Shown here piece after piece: positions 37,401 to 45,354 of a stretch of DNA of 64,000 nt (position 1 is the stretch's first letter; each line of letters opens with the position of its first letter). Below the pieces are notes generated by a model, which saw only the letters and a list, made by a program, of their open reading frames with translations, searched no databases and had not been told where the DNA came from. The stretch spans positions 162,633-226,632 of the forward strand of contig CAWBNB010000033.1 of assembly GCA_963789885.1 (NCBI GenBank). The letters run 5' to 3'. This DNA comes from an uncultured beta proteobacterium. Its GTDB lineage: Bacteria > Pseudomonadota > Gammaproteobacteria > Burkholderiales > SG8-39. A program made the translations under genes and the position numbers.

Positions 37401-40400
37401 TCGTTGATCTGGGGGAGGTTGTCGTTCAGATTGGTCAGGTTGACCGTGATCACCGCCGTGTCGGACAACGCGCCATCGGTGGCACTGACCGTCAGGTTGA
37501 AGGCCGGCGTGGTCTCGAAGTCGAGCGCGGCCGAGTTCGCGACCGTGATCGCGCCGGTCACGGCGTTAATGGCGAACGCGCCGGCGGTGTTGCCGCCGGT
37601 GATCGAGTAGGTGAGTGGTTGCCCGTCACGATCGTTGTCGCTGCCGGTAAACGCTTCGTTGACGTTGTGGACGACGGTCCCGTTGGCGCTGTTCTCGGGC
37701 AGGGCCGGCGCCGTCGCGTCGTCAATCTGCGGGGCGTTATCGTTCAGGTTGGTCAGGTTGACCGTGATCACTGCCGTATCCGGCGTGGTGCCGTCGGTGG
37801 CCTGAACCGTGAGGCTGAAGACGGGCGTCGTCTCGAAGTCGAGCGCGGCAGAGTTCGCGACCGTGATCGCTCCCGTCACGGCGTTGATGGCGAATGCGCC
37901 TCCGGTGTTGCCGGAGACGATCGAATACGCGAGCGGCTGGCCGTCGTGGTCGTTGTCGGTGCCGGTAAACGCCTCGTTGACGTTGAAGACTGCGGTGCCG
38001 TTCGCGCTGTTCTCGGGCAGTGGCGGCGCCGTCGCATCGTTGATCTGCGGGAGGTCGTCGACCGTGCTGACGGCGATCGCGACCGTGTCGATGTCCTGCA
38101 GTCCGACGGCGTCGGTGGACGTCATCGTAAGGGTGTCGGCCCCGTTGAAGTTCAAGTTGCCCTGATAGACCAGGCTCGCGAGCGTGGAATTGATCGCCCC
38201 CTGCGTGCCGGTGATCGTTACCGCGCCCGTCCCGCCGCCAGCCACCAGCGCGCCGCCCGCCGGCGTCACCGCGAGGGTGCCGTTCAGCACTGACAGCACG
38301 ACCGAATTGACGTTGCCATCGACGTCGCTCACGGAGATCGTGTTGAGCGCGAGCGGCGAGTCCTCGTTCACCACCCGCGGCCCGGGGACGTTGTTGACCG
38401 GCGCGGAGGTCACCTGGACGGCCGCGCCGAACTCGGAGGTCTCGCCGGTCACGCTGTCGGTCGCGGTGGCGGTCACCCATTCGCCGAGCGCCGCAGCAAT
38501 CGGGGCGCTTCCGCTCCAGATGCCGGCGCCGCTCGTCGTAACGTTGACGAAGCCGAGATAGCGCTGGCCCTCGCGGTTGCCAGTGGAGTTGGCGAAGAGT
38601 TCGATGCGGAACGCTCTCGACGCCGTGCTGTTCAACGTGACGTTGACGCTGCTCGTTGTTGGGTCGGACAGCACCGGGAAGTTCTGGAGGTTGTTGGTGC
38701 CGCTGTCGCTGTCGTAGGGGAAGGCGGTCTGGTCGTTCGCCGTGACGCCGTCGCCGCCCGGAACCTGGCTGAGGTCGATGCCGATCCCCCCGTTGCCGTA
38801 GATCAGGTTCCCGAGCAGCGAGTCGCTGTTGCCCGAGTCGACCTCCACCCCGCGCCCAGTGTTGCCGGAGATGATGTTGCCGTCCAGCGCACCCGTGCCC
38901 CCCACCAGCGTGCCGGTGCCGTCGTGGAGGTAGACGCCCTCCCTGCCGTTTGCGATCGTCCCCGTGTTGGCCGCGTTCAAGCCGATGTAGTTGCCGCGGA
39001 TGACGTTGTTCGACCCGCCGCCGGAGAGGTCGATCCCGGACCAGGCGTTACCGGAGATGACGTTGCGGGCGTCGACGTTCGACCCGCCGATCGTGTTGTT
39101 CGACGCCGCGTTCACCCAGATCCCGTCTTCGCCGTTAGCGATCGCGGACGTGCCGGCGGCGTTGGTGCCGATATAGTTGCCGAGGATGGAGTTGTTGTTG
39201 CCGGCGACCATGATGCCGTCGCTGGTGTTGCCGGCGACCACGTTCCGGTCGGCGCCGGTGGCACTGAGCCCGCCGATCGTGTTGCCGGCCGACGCGATCT
39301 GGATGCCGTAGCGGCCGTTCCCGGCACCCGCGGTTCCGGCCGAATTCGTGCCGATCCAGTTGCCGGCGATCGTACTGTCGCTGCCGGCGGTGATCGCGAT
39401 GCCGTCCTGCCCGAAGCGGTTGATCACGAAGCCGCGCACGAAGCTGTTTCCCGCGCCGATCGTCAGGCCGGTCGCCGAAGCGCCCGCGCCGGCACCGTTC
39501 AGCTCGATCAGGGGCGTGCCGCCGAACAACTCCTGACTGGTCGCGTCCAGCACCGCGGACTGGGTGATCGTCGGCAACGCAGCCGCAAGCGCGATCGTCT
39601 GCGCTCCCCCGCCGCTGATCGAGAAGTTCGAAGTCTGGCTGCCCGTGATGGCGTTCGCGTTCAGGATGAACTGGCGGAGGCTCCCCTGCTGCATGCGCGA
39701 GAACGAGGTGTCGTCATCGTTGCCGTCGCCGCGGTTGTTGACGATCGCGTTGAAGCTGAAGCCGGAGTCGACGCCAGTCACGTTCCCGCCGGCGAGCGTG
39801 ACCTTGGTGACGTGCTCGGCGGTGGTGATCGCACCGGCGGCGTTGTCGGACACCGCGGCGTTGCGGCCGCCGTAGAGCGAACCGGGTGTCGAGAGGAAGC
39901 CCGTGGCGGTGGCGGCGCCGATCACACCATACGTCTGGTCCGCCCAAACGTTCTCTTGCGTGAAGCCGGCGTTGTAGTTGCCGGCACCGGCGTCGATCTT
40001 TCGCGAGTTCACCACGACGTAGTACGTGCCGGGGGCGAGCCCGACGAAGCTGTACGTGCCGGCGCCGCTGGTCGTGGTGATGCCGACGAACGAGTCGCCG
40101 GAGTCGATCAGGCCGTCGCCGTCGTCGAGGTGGAGCCGCACTTCCGTCCCGGCGAAGACGGCGCCGCCGTCGTCCGCGAGGATCGCGTTGCCGTTGACGT
40201 CGTTGAAGATCGTGCCGGAAATCGAGAACCCGGCGGTCGCCGTCACGCCCGCCGAGAGCTCCGAGGTGCTGTTGTTCGTGAGGTTCGTCGCCGTCGCGGT
40301 GATGGTTTCGCCGACGGCCACCGTTGCGCTCACGTTTGCGAGGAAGGTGGCGGTGCCCGCGGCGCCGACGAGCACCGCCGTCGCGCCGAGGTAGCGCTGA

Positions 40401-43400
40401 CCGCTCGCGTTGTTCGCGAAGAACTCGACGCGGTAGCTAGTGCCCGCTGCGCTGTCGAGCGATCCGGCGACCGAAACGATCGCCCCGTTGACCGCTGCGC
40501 CGGTCAGCACCGGGAAGTTCTGCAAACCGTTCGGGCCGGTGTCGGCATCGAACACGCCCACGTCATTCGGGGTAGAGCCGTTCGTGCCCTCGAGGTCGAT
40601 GCCGATCCCGCCGTTGGAGTAGATCGCGTTGCCGAGGACGGCGACTCCGATCGTGGAATTGCCGGTCACCATCACGCCGTCCTGCGCGTTGAACGCAATG
40701 GTGTTGCCGGAGTTCGCCGCGGTCCCGCCGATGGTGTTGTTCGAGTTCGAGACCTCGACCCCCGACTCGGAGTTCGCGAGCGCGGCCGTGCCGGCGGCCG
40801 TGGTCCCGATGAAATTGCCCGCGACGATATTCCCCGTCGTGCCGCTGTCGCGGATCTCGATCCCGTCCTCGTTGCCGGAGATGACGTTTCGCTCCGCGGG
40901 GGTCGTGCCGCCGATCGTGTTCGCGTTCGCGCCGCTCTGGATGCGCACGCCGTCGGCGTTGCCTCGGTCGAGCGTGCCGCCGGCGTCGGTGCCGATGTAG
41001 TTTCCGATGACCCGGTTCAGCGTCGCGCCGCTGCCCGAGAGCATCACGCCGTGGTTCGAGTTGCCCGAGATCACGTTCCGCTCGCCGGCGGTCGTTCCGC
41101 CGATCACGTTGCTCGCGCCGCTGACGTCGATGCCTTCCTGCGCGTTGCCGAGCGCGCCCACGCCGGTCGCGTCGAGGCCGATGTAGTTGCCGGTGACGTT
41201 ATTGCCGCTGCCGGCGATCTCGATGCCGTCGCCGTCGTTCCCTGAGATGACGTTCCGCGCCGCGGCAGCGGAGCCGCCGATGATGTTCCCGGTCGCGGAT
41301 CCGTCGATGTGGACCCCGTCGCCGCCGTTGCCGAGGTCGAGCGTGCCGGTCCGGTCGGTACCGATGAAGTTGCCCCAGACGAGCGTGCCTGTGCTCGGGC
41401 TCTGGATCCGGATCCCGTCCCCGAGGTTGCCCGCGATCACGTTCCGGTCGTTTGCACCGGTACCGCCGATCGTGTTGTTCGCGCCGATCACGTCCACGCC
41501 CGGAGAGCCGTTGCCGAGGGCGACCGTCCCGCTCGCATCGACTCCGATCCAGTTCCCGGCGACGACGTTGTTGCTGCCCTCAACGTGGATGCCGTCGCCC
41601 TGGAACCGGTTGATCACGAAGCCGCGCACCGTGGACCCCGAGGCCACGACCTGGAGACCGTCGTTGAGCGTGGCCACGCCGCTGCCGTTCAGCTCGATGA
41701 GCGGCGTGCTGCCGAAGCCTTCCTGGGTGGTCGCGTCGAGAACCACCGTGTCGGTGATCACCGGCAGCGCGGACGCGAGCGCGATCGACTGGGATCCGCC
41801 ACCGCCGATCGAGAAGTTCGCGGTCTGCGTGCCGCCGATCAGGTTCGAGTTCTGGATGAACTGGCGCAGCGACCCTTGTACCGAGCGGTCGGTGTTCCCC
41901 GCGTCATCGTCGCCGTCGCGGTTGCTGGTGACCGCGCTGAAACTGAAGCCGTAGTTGACGTTTACGACATTGGCGTTGGCGACCGCAACCTGCGTCACGT
42001 GCTCGGCGGTGGGAAGGCTCGACGCATCGTCGGACACGCCGACATTCCGTCCACCGAAGAGCGCGCCACTCGTGGCGGTGAAGCCGGCGCCCTTCGCCGC
42101 GCCGGCGACAGCGTACGTCTGCTCGGCCCAGACGTTCGTGCCGCCCAGCGTCTTCGAGTCGACCGCGACGTAGTAGGTCCCGTCCAGCAGGTTGGCGAAC
42201 GTGTACTGGCCGGCGGCGTTCGTGGTCACCGTTGCCTGCAGAACATCGCCCGCGCCGATGGCGCCGTCGCCGTTGTCGAGGTAGAGGCTGACCGAGGCGT
42301 TGGCAAGCGTGAGTGTCCCGCCCTCCACGATGTCCGCATCGGCATCGACGTCGTCGAACACGGTGCCGCGGATCTCGTGCGCCGGCGCGGCCTGGATGTT
42401 CTGCGCGAACTCGGATGTGTTGTTCGTGACGGTGTTGGTCGCCGTCGCGCTGATGTACTCGCCGACGAGGACGGTCGCGGGCAGGACGATCTTGCTGAAG
42501 GTCGCGTTGCCGCTGCTGTCGGTCCCGACGTTCACGAAGCCGAGGTAGCGCTGACCCTCGCCCCGGCCGCTCGGGTCCTGAGTCGTCGAGGCGAAAAACT
42601 CGATCCGGAAGGTGCTGTTCGCGGTGCTGTTGAATGCGCCGGAAATCTGGATCTGGGAGCCGTTCGTGATCGCGAGCGCGAGCACCGGATAGTTCTGCAG
42701 GCCGTTCGGGCCCGCGTCGGGGTCGCCTGCTACGGCGTCGTTGAAGGTCACCCCGTCGCCGACTGCTGTGAGGCTGAGATCGATACCGAGCCCGGTGTTC
42801 CCGCCGATCGCGTTTCCGAGGATGGCGTTGCCGGAGGACGTCGAGCCATAGACCTCGACCCCGCCCAGACCGTTCCCCGAGATCAGGTTGCCCTGTCCTG
42901 CAAGGGTCCCGCCGATCGTGTTGTTCGAGGCACCGTCGATCCACACCCCGAAGTCGTTGTTCTTGATCGTGGCGCTCCCGTCCACGTTGGTGCCGATGTT
43001 GTTGCCGCGGACGACGTTGCCCGTGGAGGCCGCGATCACGACACCGTCCGTGGTGTTGCCGGAGATGAGGTTGCCGATGATCGAATTGTTGTCGGCTCCG
43101 GTGTTGAGCTCGATTCCCGCCCAGGCGTTAGCAATCGCTGCGGTTCCGGCGGCGTTCGTGCCGATGCGATTCCCCTGGATGAGGTTGAAGTCCGAATTCT
43201 GCAGGAGCACCCCTTGCCACCCGATGCCCGAGAAGCCATTGCCGGAAATGACGTTACCGGCGTCCGCGACAGTACCGCCGATGGTGTTGTTGTTGGAGTT
43301 AGCGACCCAGATCCCGGTTTCCCCGTTACCCATCCCGGAACCGGAGCCGGCGGCGTTCGTGCCGATGTAGTTCCCCTGAATGACGTTGCCGGAGGCACCG

Positions 43401-44692
43401 CTCGGGCCGTCGACGAAGATGCCGTCGATACCGTTGCCCGAGATCACATTGCGGTCAGCCGCGTTGGTGCCACCGACGATGTTGCCGCTGGACTGGAGCC
43501 AGATCCCCCAGTCGTCGTTGCCGGCCGGGACACCACCGTTCGCCTCAGTGCCGATGTAATTACCTTGGATCACGACGCGGGCGGCCGGGGCGACCACGAT
43601 CCCGGTGCCGCCGGTTGCATAGCTACCTCCGACACCGAAACGGTTGATGATCAGGCCGTGAACCTCGCTTGCCGTGCCGGCGGTGAACACCAGGCCGTCG
43701 GTGTTCTGGCCGGTGCCCGAGCCATTGAGCTCGATGAGGGGTGTGCTGCCGAACCCCGGCTGGGTCCGCCCGTCGATGATCACGCTGTCGGTGATCGTAA
43801 GCGTCGCGCCGATGTTGATCGTGCGGACGCCTCCACCGGAGATGTTGAAGCTGATCGTGTCCGCACCCGGCGTGTTGTTTGCCGCGAGGATCGCTTCGCG
43901 CAGTGATATACCGTCGCCCCCCGGCGTACCAATCAGAGCGGCGATAGAGGTAGTTGCGCCGTTGACGCTATCGGAGTTGTTGCCCACGGTGACCGTCAGG
44001 AGCGTGTGATCCCAGTCGCTCGCTCCGGCGAGGCCGTGGGCCTCGATCGCCCCGGTCTTGAACTCGAGCGTCCAGTCGCCGCCTTTCGCGGCCGCGCCGG
44101 TAAGGTTCTCGCTTGCGGCGACATCCGCGCCGGTCAGCCGCGCGATCGCGTCGATCAGGGACTGGCCTTGGGTGGTCGCGGCGAGATCGCAGCCGTAGAA
44201 CAGGATGTCGCCGTTGGCGGTGAGCGCATCTCCCCATTTCTTGATCTGCGCGGCGCGCTCGACCAGCGTCTCGAAATCGAGCTCCGTGCTGCCGAGCTGC
44301 ACCGCGCCGTCGTGCGCGTGGCTGATGATGTGGACCGCTTCGAGACCGGAGCGCTTCGCGAGCGTCTCGCTGATCGCACTCACGCCGTCGCGGCGAGAGT
44401 CGATCATGACGAACTCGAGGCTCCGTCCCTCGGACTGCGCGGTCGCGCGCATGTCGGTGACGAGGCGCTGGTAGTCGGGCGTCGCGGTATCGACGAAGAC
44501 GAGCTCGCTTGCGCGCTGAGCGGGCGCCGCGGCGGCCGAGATCACCACCGAGGGCGTGCCGACGTCAGTGAGCGAGCGGAACTCCGCTGCGAGTGTCGAC
44601 GGCGCCGCGAATAGCGCATCGCTCGCGAGCGGATTCAAGTCGGCGGAGAGGAGGAGTCGCGGCTCGAGTTCCTCGAGCACCGCTCTGCGCAC
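31484..44692 (-). CDS. Giant (4402 aa) DUF4347 / parallel beta-helix / cadherin-repeat surface protein
   Basis: Single uninterrupted 13,209-nt ORF. The N-terminus is MRRAVLEELEPRLLLSA, then a DUF4347-like block (ELVFVD..HIISHAHDGAVQLG..ILFYGCDLA..DWTLEF). Three ~2.1-kb supermodules follow, each opening with SLREA/SLRQF, then NVISGN-type beta-helix repeats and an SdrD-B-like fold (GTYYV). Next come 11 tandem cadherin-type repeats and further cadherin-like/VCBS-type modules. The C-terminus has a Pro/Ala/Gly linker, hydrophobic segment(s) and an acidic tail. The start is GTG with no obvious SD, so the exact start is uncertain. Confidence 0.9.
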   Translation of the reverse strand: MRRAVLEELEPRLLLSADLNPLASDALFAAPSTLAAEFRSLTDVGTPSVVISAAAAPAQRASELVFVDTATPDYQRLVTDMRATAQSEGRSLEFVMIDSRRDGVSAISETLAKRSGLEAVHIISHAHDGAVQLGSTELDFETLVERAAQIKKWGDALTANGDILFYGCDLAATTQGQSLIDAIARLTGADVAASENLTGAAAKGGDWTLEFKTGAIEAHGLAGASDWDHTLLTVTVGNNSDSVNGATTSIAALIGTPGGDGISLREAILAANNTPGADTISFNISGGGVRTINIGATLTITDSVIIDGRTQPGFGSTPLIELNGSGTGQNTDGLVFTAGTASEVHGLIINRFGVGGSYATGGTGIVVAPAARVVIQGNYIGTEANGGVPAGNDDWGIWLQSSGNIVGGTNAADRNVISGNGIDGIFVDGPSGASGNVIQGNYIGTNAAGSGSGMGNGETGIWVANSNNNTIGGTVADAGNVISGNGFSGIGWQGVLLQNSDFNLIQGNRIGTNAAGTAAIANAWAGIELNTGADNNSIIGNLISGNTTDGVVIAASTGNVVRGNNIGTNVDGSATIKNNDFGVWIDGASNNTIGGTLAGQGNLISGNGLGGVEVYGSTSSGNAILGNAIGGNTGLGIDLSLTAVGDGVTFNDAVAGDPDAGPNGLQNYPVLALAITNGSQIQISGAFNSTANSTFRIEFFASTTQDPSGRGEGQRYLGFVNVGTDSSGNATFSKIVLPATVLVGEYISATATNTVTNNTSEFAQNIQAAPAHEIRGTVFDDVDADADIVEGGTLTLANASVSLYLDNGDGAIGAGDVLQATVTTNAAGQYTFANLLDGTYYVAVDSKTLGGTNVWAEQTYAVAGAAKGAGFTATSGALFGGRNVGVSDDASSLPTAEHVTQVAVANANVVNVNYGFSFSAVTSNRDGDDDAGNTDRSVQGSLRQFIQNSNLIGGTQTANFSIGGGGSQSIALASALPVITDTVVLDATTQEGFGSTPLIELNGSGVATLNDGLQVVASGSTVRGFVINRFQGDGIHVEGSNNVVAGNWIGVDASGTVALGNGSPGVDVIGANNTIGGTGANDRNVIAGNLGDGIRIQSPSTGTLVWGNFIGTDRTGTLDLGNGGDGVHIDGSATGNIIGGSAAAARNVISGNDGDGIEIAGSGNNVTGNYIGLDATGVGALGNAQEGIDVSGASNVIGGTTAGERNVISGNSNHGVMLSGSGATLNRVIGNYIGTDAGGTLDRGNADGVRIQSGANANTIGGTTPAERNVISGNEDGIEIRDSGTTGNIVAGNFIGTTAAGTAALANSESGVEVSNSNNTIGGTAANSGNTIAFNAQDGVMVTGNSTIGVAVLGNAIYSNGGIGIDLEGTNGSTPNDVGVFDADTGPNGLQNFPVLTGAAVNGAIVSVAGSLDSAAGTSYRVEFFANNASGQRYLGATAVLVGAAGTATFLANVSATVAVGETITATATNLTNNSTSELSAGVTATAGFSISGTIFNDVNGNAILADDGGAVFAGTEVRLHLDDGDGLIDSGDSFVGITTTSGAGTYSFVGLAPGTYYVVVNSRKIDAGAGNYNAGFTQENVWADQTYGVIGAATATGFLSTPGSLYGGRNAAVSDNAAGAITTAEHVTKVTLAGGNVTGVDSGFSFNAIVNNRGDGNDDDTSFSRMQQGSLRQFILNANAITGSQTSNFSISGGGAQTIALAAALPTITQSAVLDATSQELFGGTPLIELNGAGAGASATGLTIGAGNSFVRGFVINRFGQDGIAITAGSDSTIAGNWIGTNSAGTAGAGNGRYGIQIASAGNTIGGLSATGADRNVVAGNTSDGIMVAGNNNSILGNYIGTNAAGTSAIANGEDGIWVNAASNNTIGGSNVDARNVISGNAWSGIDLSGGGSNNVIRGNYIGLNAANTGTIANGREGVYLHDGTGTLVGGTGALDGNIISGNTGRGVEVDSGNSDSLLGNLIYGNGGIGIDLSQVPGGDGVTANDQTAFPYDSDSGTNNLQNFPVLSDPTTSSVNVTLNSTASRAFRIELFANSTGNREGQRYLGFVNVTTSGAGIWSGSAPIAAALGEWVTATATDSVTGETSEFGAAVQVTSAPVNNVPGPRVVNEDSPLALNTISVSDVDGNVNSVVLSVLNGTLAVTPAGGALVAGGGTGAVTITGTQGAINSTLASLVYQGNLNFNGADTLTMTSTDAVGLQDIDTVAIAVSTVDDLPQINDATAPPLPENSANGTAVFNVNEAFTGTDNDHDGQPLAYSIVSGNTGGAFAINAVTGAITVANSAALDFETTPVFSLTVQATDGTTPDTAVITVNLTNLNDNAPQIDDATAPALPENSANGTVVHNVNEAFTGSDNDRDGQPLTYSITGGNTAGAFAINAVTGAITVANSAALDFETTPAFNLTVSATDGALSDTAVITVNLTNLNDNLPQINDATASALPENSANGTAVYNINEAFTGTDSDRDGQPLAYSIIGGNIGGAFAIDPATGAITAANSAALDFETTPVFNLTVQATDGTTPDTAVITVNLINLNDNVPQINDATAPALPENSANGTAVYNVNEAFTGTDNDRDGQALAYSIIGGNTAGAFAINASTGAITVVNSAALDFETTPVFNLTVQATDGTTLDTAVITVNLTNLNDNAPQINDATTSLAENSAFATAVYNVNEAFTGTDNDRDGQALAYSIIGGNTGGAFAISAATGAITVANSAALDFETTPVFNLTVSATDGTTSDTALITVNLINLNDNVPQINDATAPSPPENSANGTAVYNVNEAFTGTDNDRDGQALAYSIVAGNTGGAFAVDPATGVITVANSAALDFETTSVFNLTIQATDGAAPDTAVITVNLINLNDNAPQINDATAPSLPENSANGTAVYNVNETFTGTDNDRDDQPLAYSIIGGNTGGGFAIDSVTGAITVANPAALDFETTQVFSLTVQATDGTTPDTAVITINLINDNDNAPQINDATTNLAENSAFGTAVYNVNEAFTGTDADRDGQPLVYSITAGNTAGAFAIDPATGAITVANPAALDFETTPVFNLTVHATDGATSDTAAITINLINLNDNAPQIDDATTSIAENSPAGTIIYDANDAFTGADNDRDGQILTYSIAAGNTGGAFAIDTATGAIKVANSAALDFESTPAFNLTIVASDGTTPDTAIITVNLINANDNAPQIDDATAPALTEGAPSGTAAYNVNDAFTGTDADRDGQALAYSIVAGNTGGAFAIDAVTGAITVANPVALDFETTPVFVLTVNATDGTFNDTAQITVNLTNANDNAPQIDDATTNLPENSAFGTFVLDANEAFTGADTDRDGQVLTYSIAAGNTAGAFAIDSATGAITVANPAALDFETNPVFNLTVTATDGTANDSAVITVNLSDINEPPVIVANAGLTVNEGTGATITGAELAVADPDNSAIQLVYTVGSAPVNGTLYLSGAPVGVGGAFTQDDLDNGRVSYTHDDSETVADGFTFTVSDGAGGTIGSTTFSITVNPVNDVPVATDDIAATNESISVTTVNVLLNDALGDQPTTIVTFDALSAQGGTVALNAGNTFTYTPAATFSGTDTFTYTIQDADGETSTATVTVTVANVVNDPPVNIVPGAQISAEDVALVFSTGTGNRIAVSDPDAGTNPLQVTLTATNGMLTLAGTTGLVFTVGSGAGDVTMTFTGTAVAINAALNGLVFTPNLNSNGLAFITLATNDLGATGSGGALSDSDLATIDVLPVNDAPDGTDTTVTLNEDSTYTFSLGDFGFTDVDFGDAMTDVRIDSISLPAGATLQLGGVDVIPSQVITVADISAGLLVFTPVPDANGAGYASFTFSVRDTGVPPGPLFDLAPNTMTVTVAPVNDLPIITSDGGATAVFVVAENTTAVTAVTASDVDLQPLAFSLAGADAGRFSMDSVTGVLTFNPAPNFEAPTDAGADNVYNVTVQVADGAGGVDTQALTITVVDANDAPVAAADAYVTAEDAPLSIAASGTLGNDTDQDGNPLAAVLVSAPANGSVAFNADGSFVYTPNANFFGVDTFTYEATDGAAASAVATVTITVTPVNDAPVGADGTVFAGATYSFAASDFGYADVDGDPLDHVTITSLPADGTLLFDGVAVAVNQDVTPADLAAGRLVYVPPTSGSAVAASFGFLVHDATSTAAAANTMTIGFAAPPAPPAPPAPPAPITPPTTTPATTPAAEPPAAPAPGGSGSAPSAGGRGGGSGGAAAGPGPSDTAAPAPDAGAAAGAATTTATASAVATSVTQAGSSPTGAIGFQSSGLPTDPRAGGPTPQTESRGEPPTGEVKAEMQAVAAMAAPEMRQALDEARERTQEDIKVEARVAGSVFVVSTGLSVGYVLWLLRGGALIASLLSSLPAWRLVDPLPVLGSMGGRAGDEDDDSLEDLVADDRDARDAPGDDATPDNDNVGSVPT
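32231..32266. repeat. 9-bp in-frame microsatellite (about 4 units cggggcggg) encoding (PAP)n
   Basis: cggggccgg cggggcggg cggggcggg cggggcggc on the plus strand. It encodes APPAPPAPPAPPAP in the C-terminal linker of the giant protein. Confidence 0.7.
34570..38060 (-). repeat. Tandem array of 11 cadherin-type coding repeats, period about 317 bp
   Basis: Eleven junctions of the type NLNDN(A/V/L)PQI(N/D)DAT run from VDDLPQIN (about 38060) to NLSDINEPPVIV (about 34570). The near-identical plus-strand shadow ORFs 36414..36659 and 37365..37610 are offset by 951 nt, which is 3 x 317. Confidence 0.85.
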
Positions 44693-45354
44693 GAAGCTGG
44701 AGGCGCTGGCGCGGATCGGTGTGGGCGTGCGTGCGAGCGGTTTACGTCGCTGGCGCCCGACGCGCGCGCGGACGCGCGGGCGCGATGGCCCGTCCGGTGT
44801 TCTTCGCGGCGCGCTTCGCCTTCGTTGCCATTGCCGGTGGGTCCGTCTGACGGACCGCCCCCTCCGCGAGTGGTTCGGTCAACGCGCGAGCAAGATGCAA
44901 GCCCAAGGCGAGGCGAAGTTCGTGCTCGAACACACTGATCCAGAAGGGAAACGCGCTTTAGCGATGGGCAAATGCCACAGATCGATGCGAGTCGGGACGC
45001 GGAGCGTCACCGTCCATTCGCGTGCGATGCATTGCGCGCGATGGATGTGAACTGTCCTGTGCGTCAAATGTCACGGCCGCCGGGACGCACGATCGGCGCC
45101 CTACGGCCGCGTTGACGAAACGCGGCAACGGTTGCCGCTTTTCCGCCAATCGCGCGGGTTGCACTGCGAGTCGTCGCTCGCGCGCTTGCCTGCAAACGCG
45201 CACGTCCGCAAGAGGGCAGACGCTGCGGGATGTGAACATTGGCTTCCCCGGCGCGTGCAGTTACCTGCCGCCATCGGCGCGGTCGTTGCGATCGCGTCTT
45301 GGCCCGTCGCTTGCTCGCTCGTATCCGTTCGCGGGATGGCGGAGGATCGTGGCG
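44693..45354. promoter_or_regulatory. Divergent intergenic control region between the giant gene and the T1SS genes
   Basis: 662 nt without a convincing ORF. The 10-mer ggatgtgaac occurs twice (45043-45052 and 45228-45237). A perfect 17-bp palindrome gcggcaac-g-gttgccgc lies at 45122-45138, followed by ttttcc. Confidence 0.4.

Noticed and set aside
34570-38060. A regular ~317-bp periodicity that could superficially suggest a repeat array such as CRISPR or satellite DNA.
   Set aside because: The period is far too long for CRISPR and there is no repeat/spacer alternation. The whole region is one continuous coding frame of cadherin-type domains.
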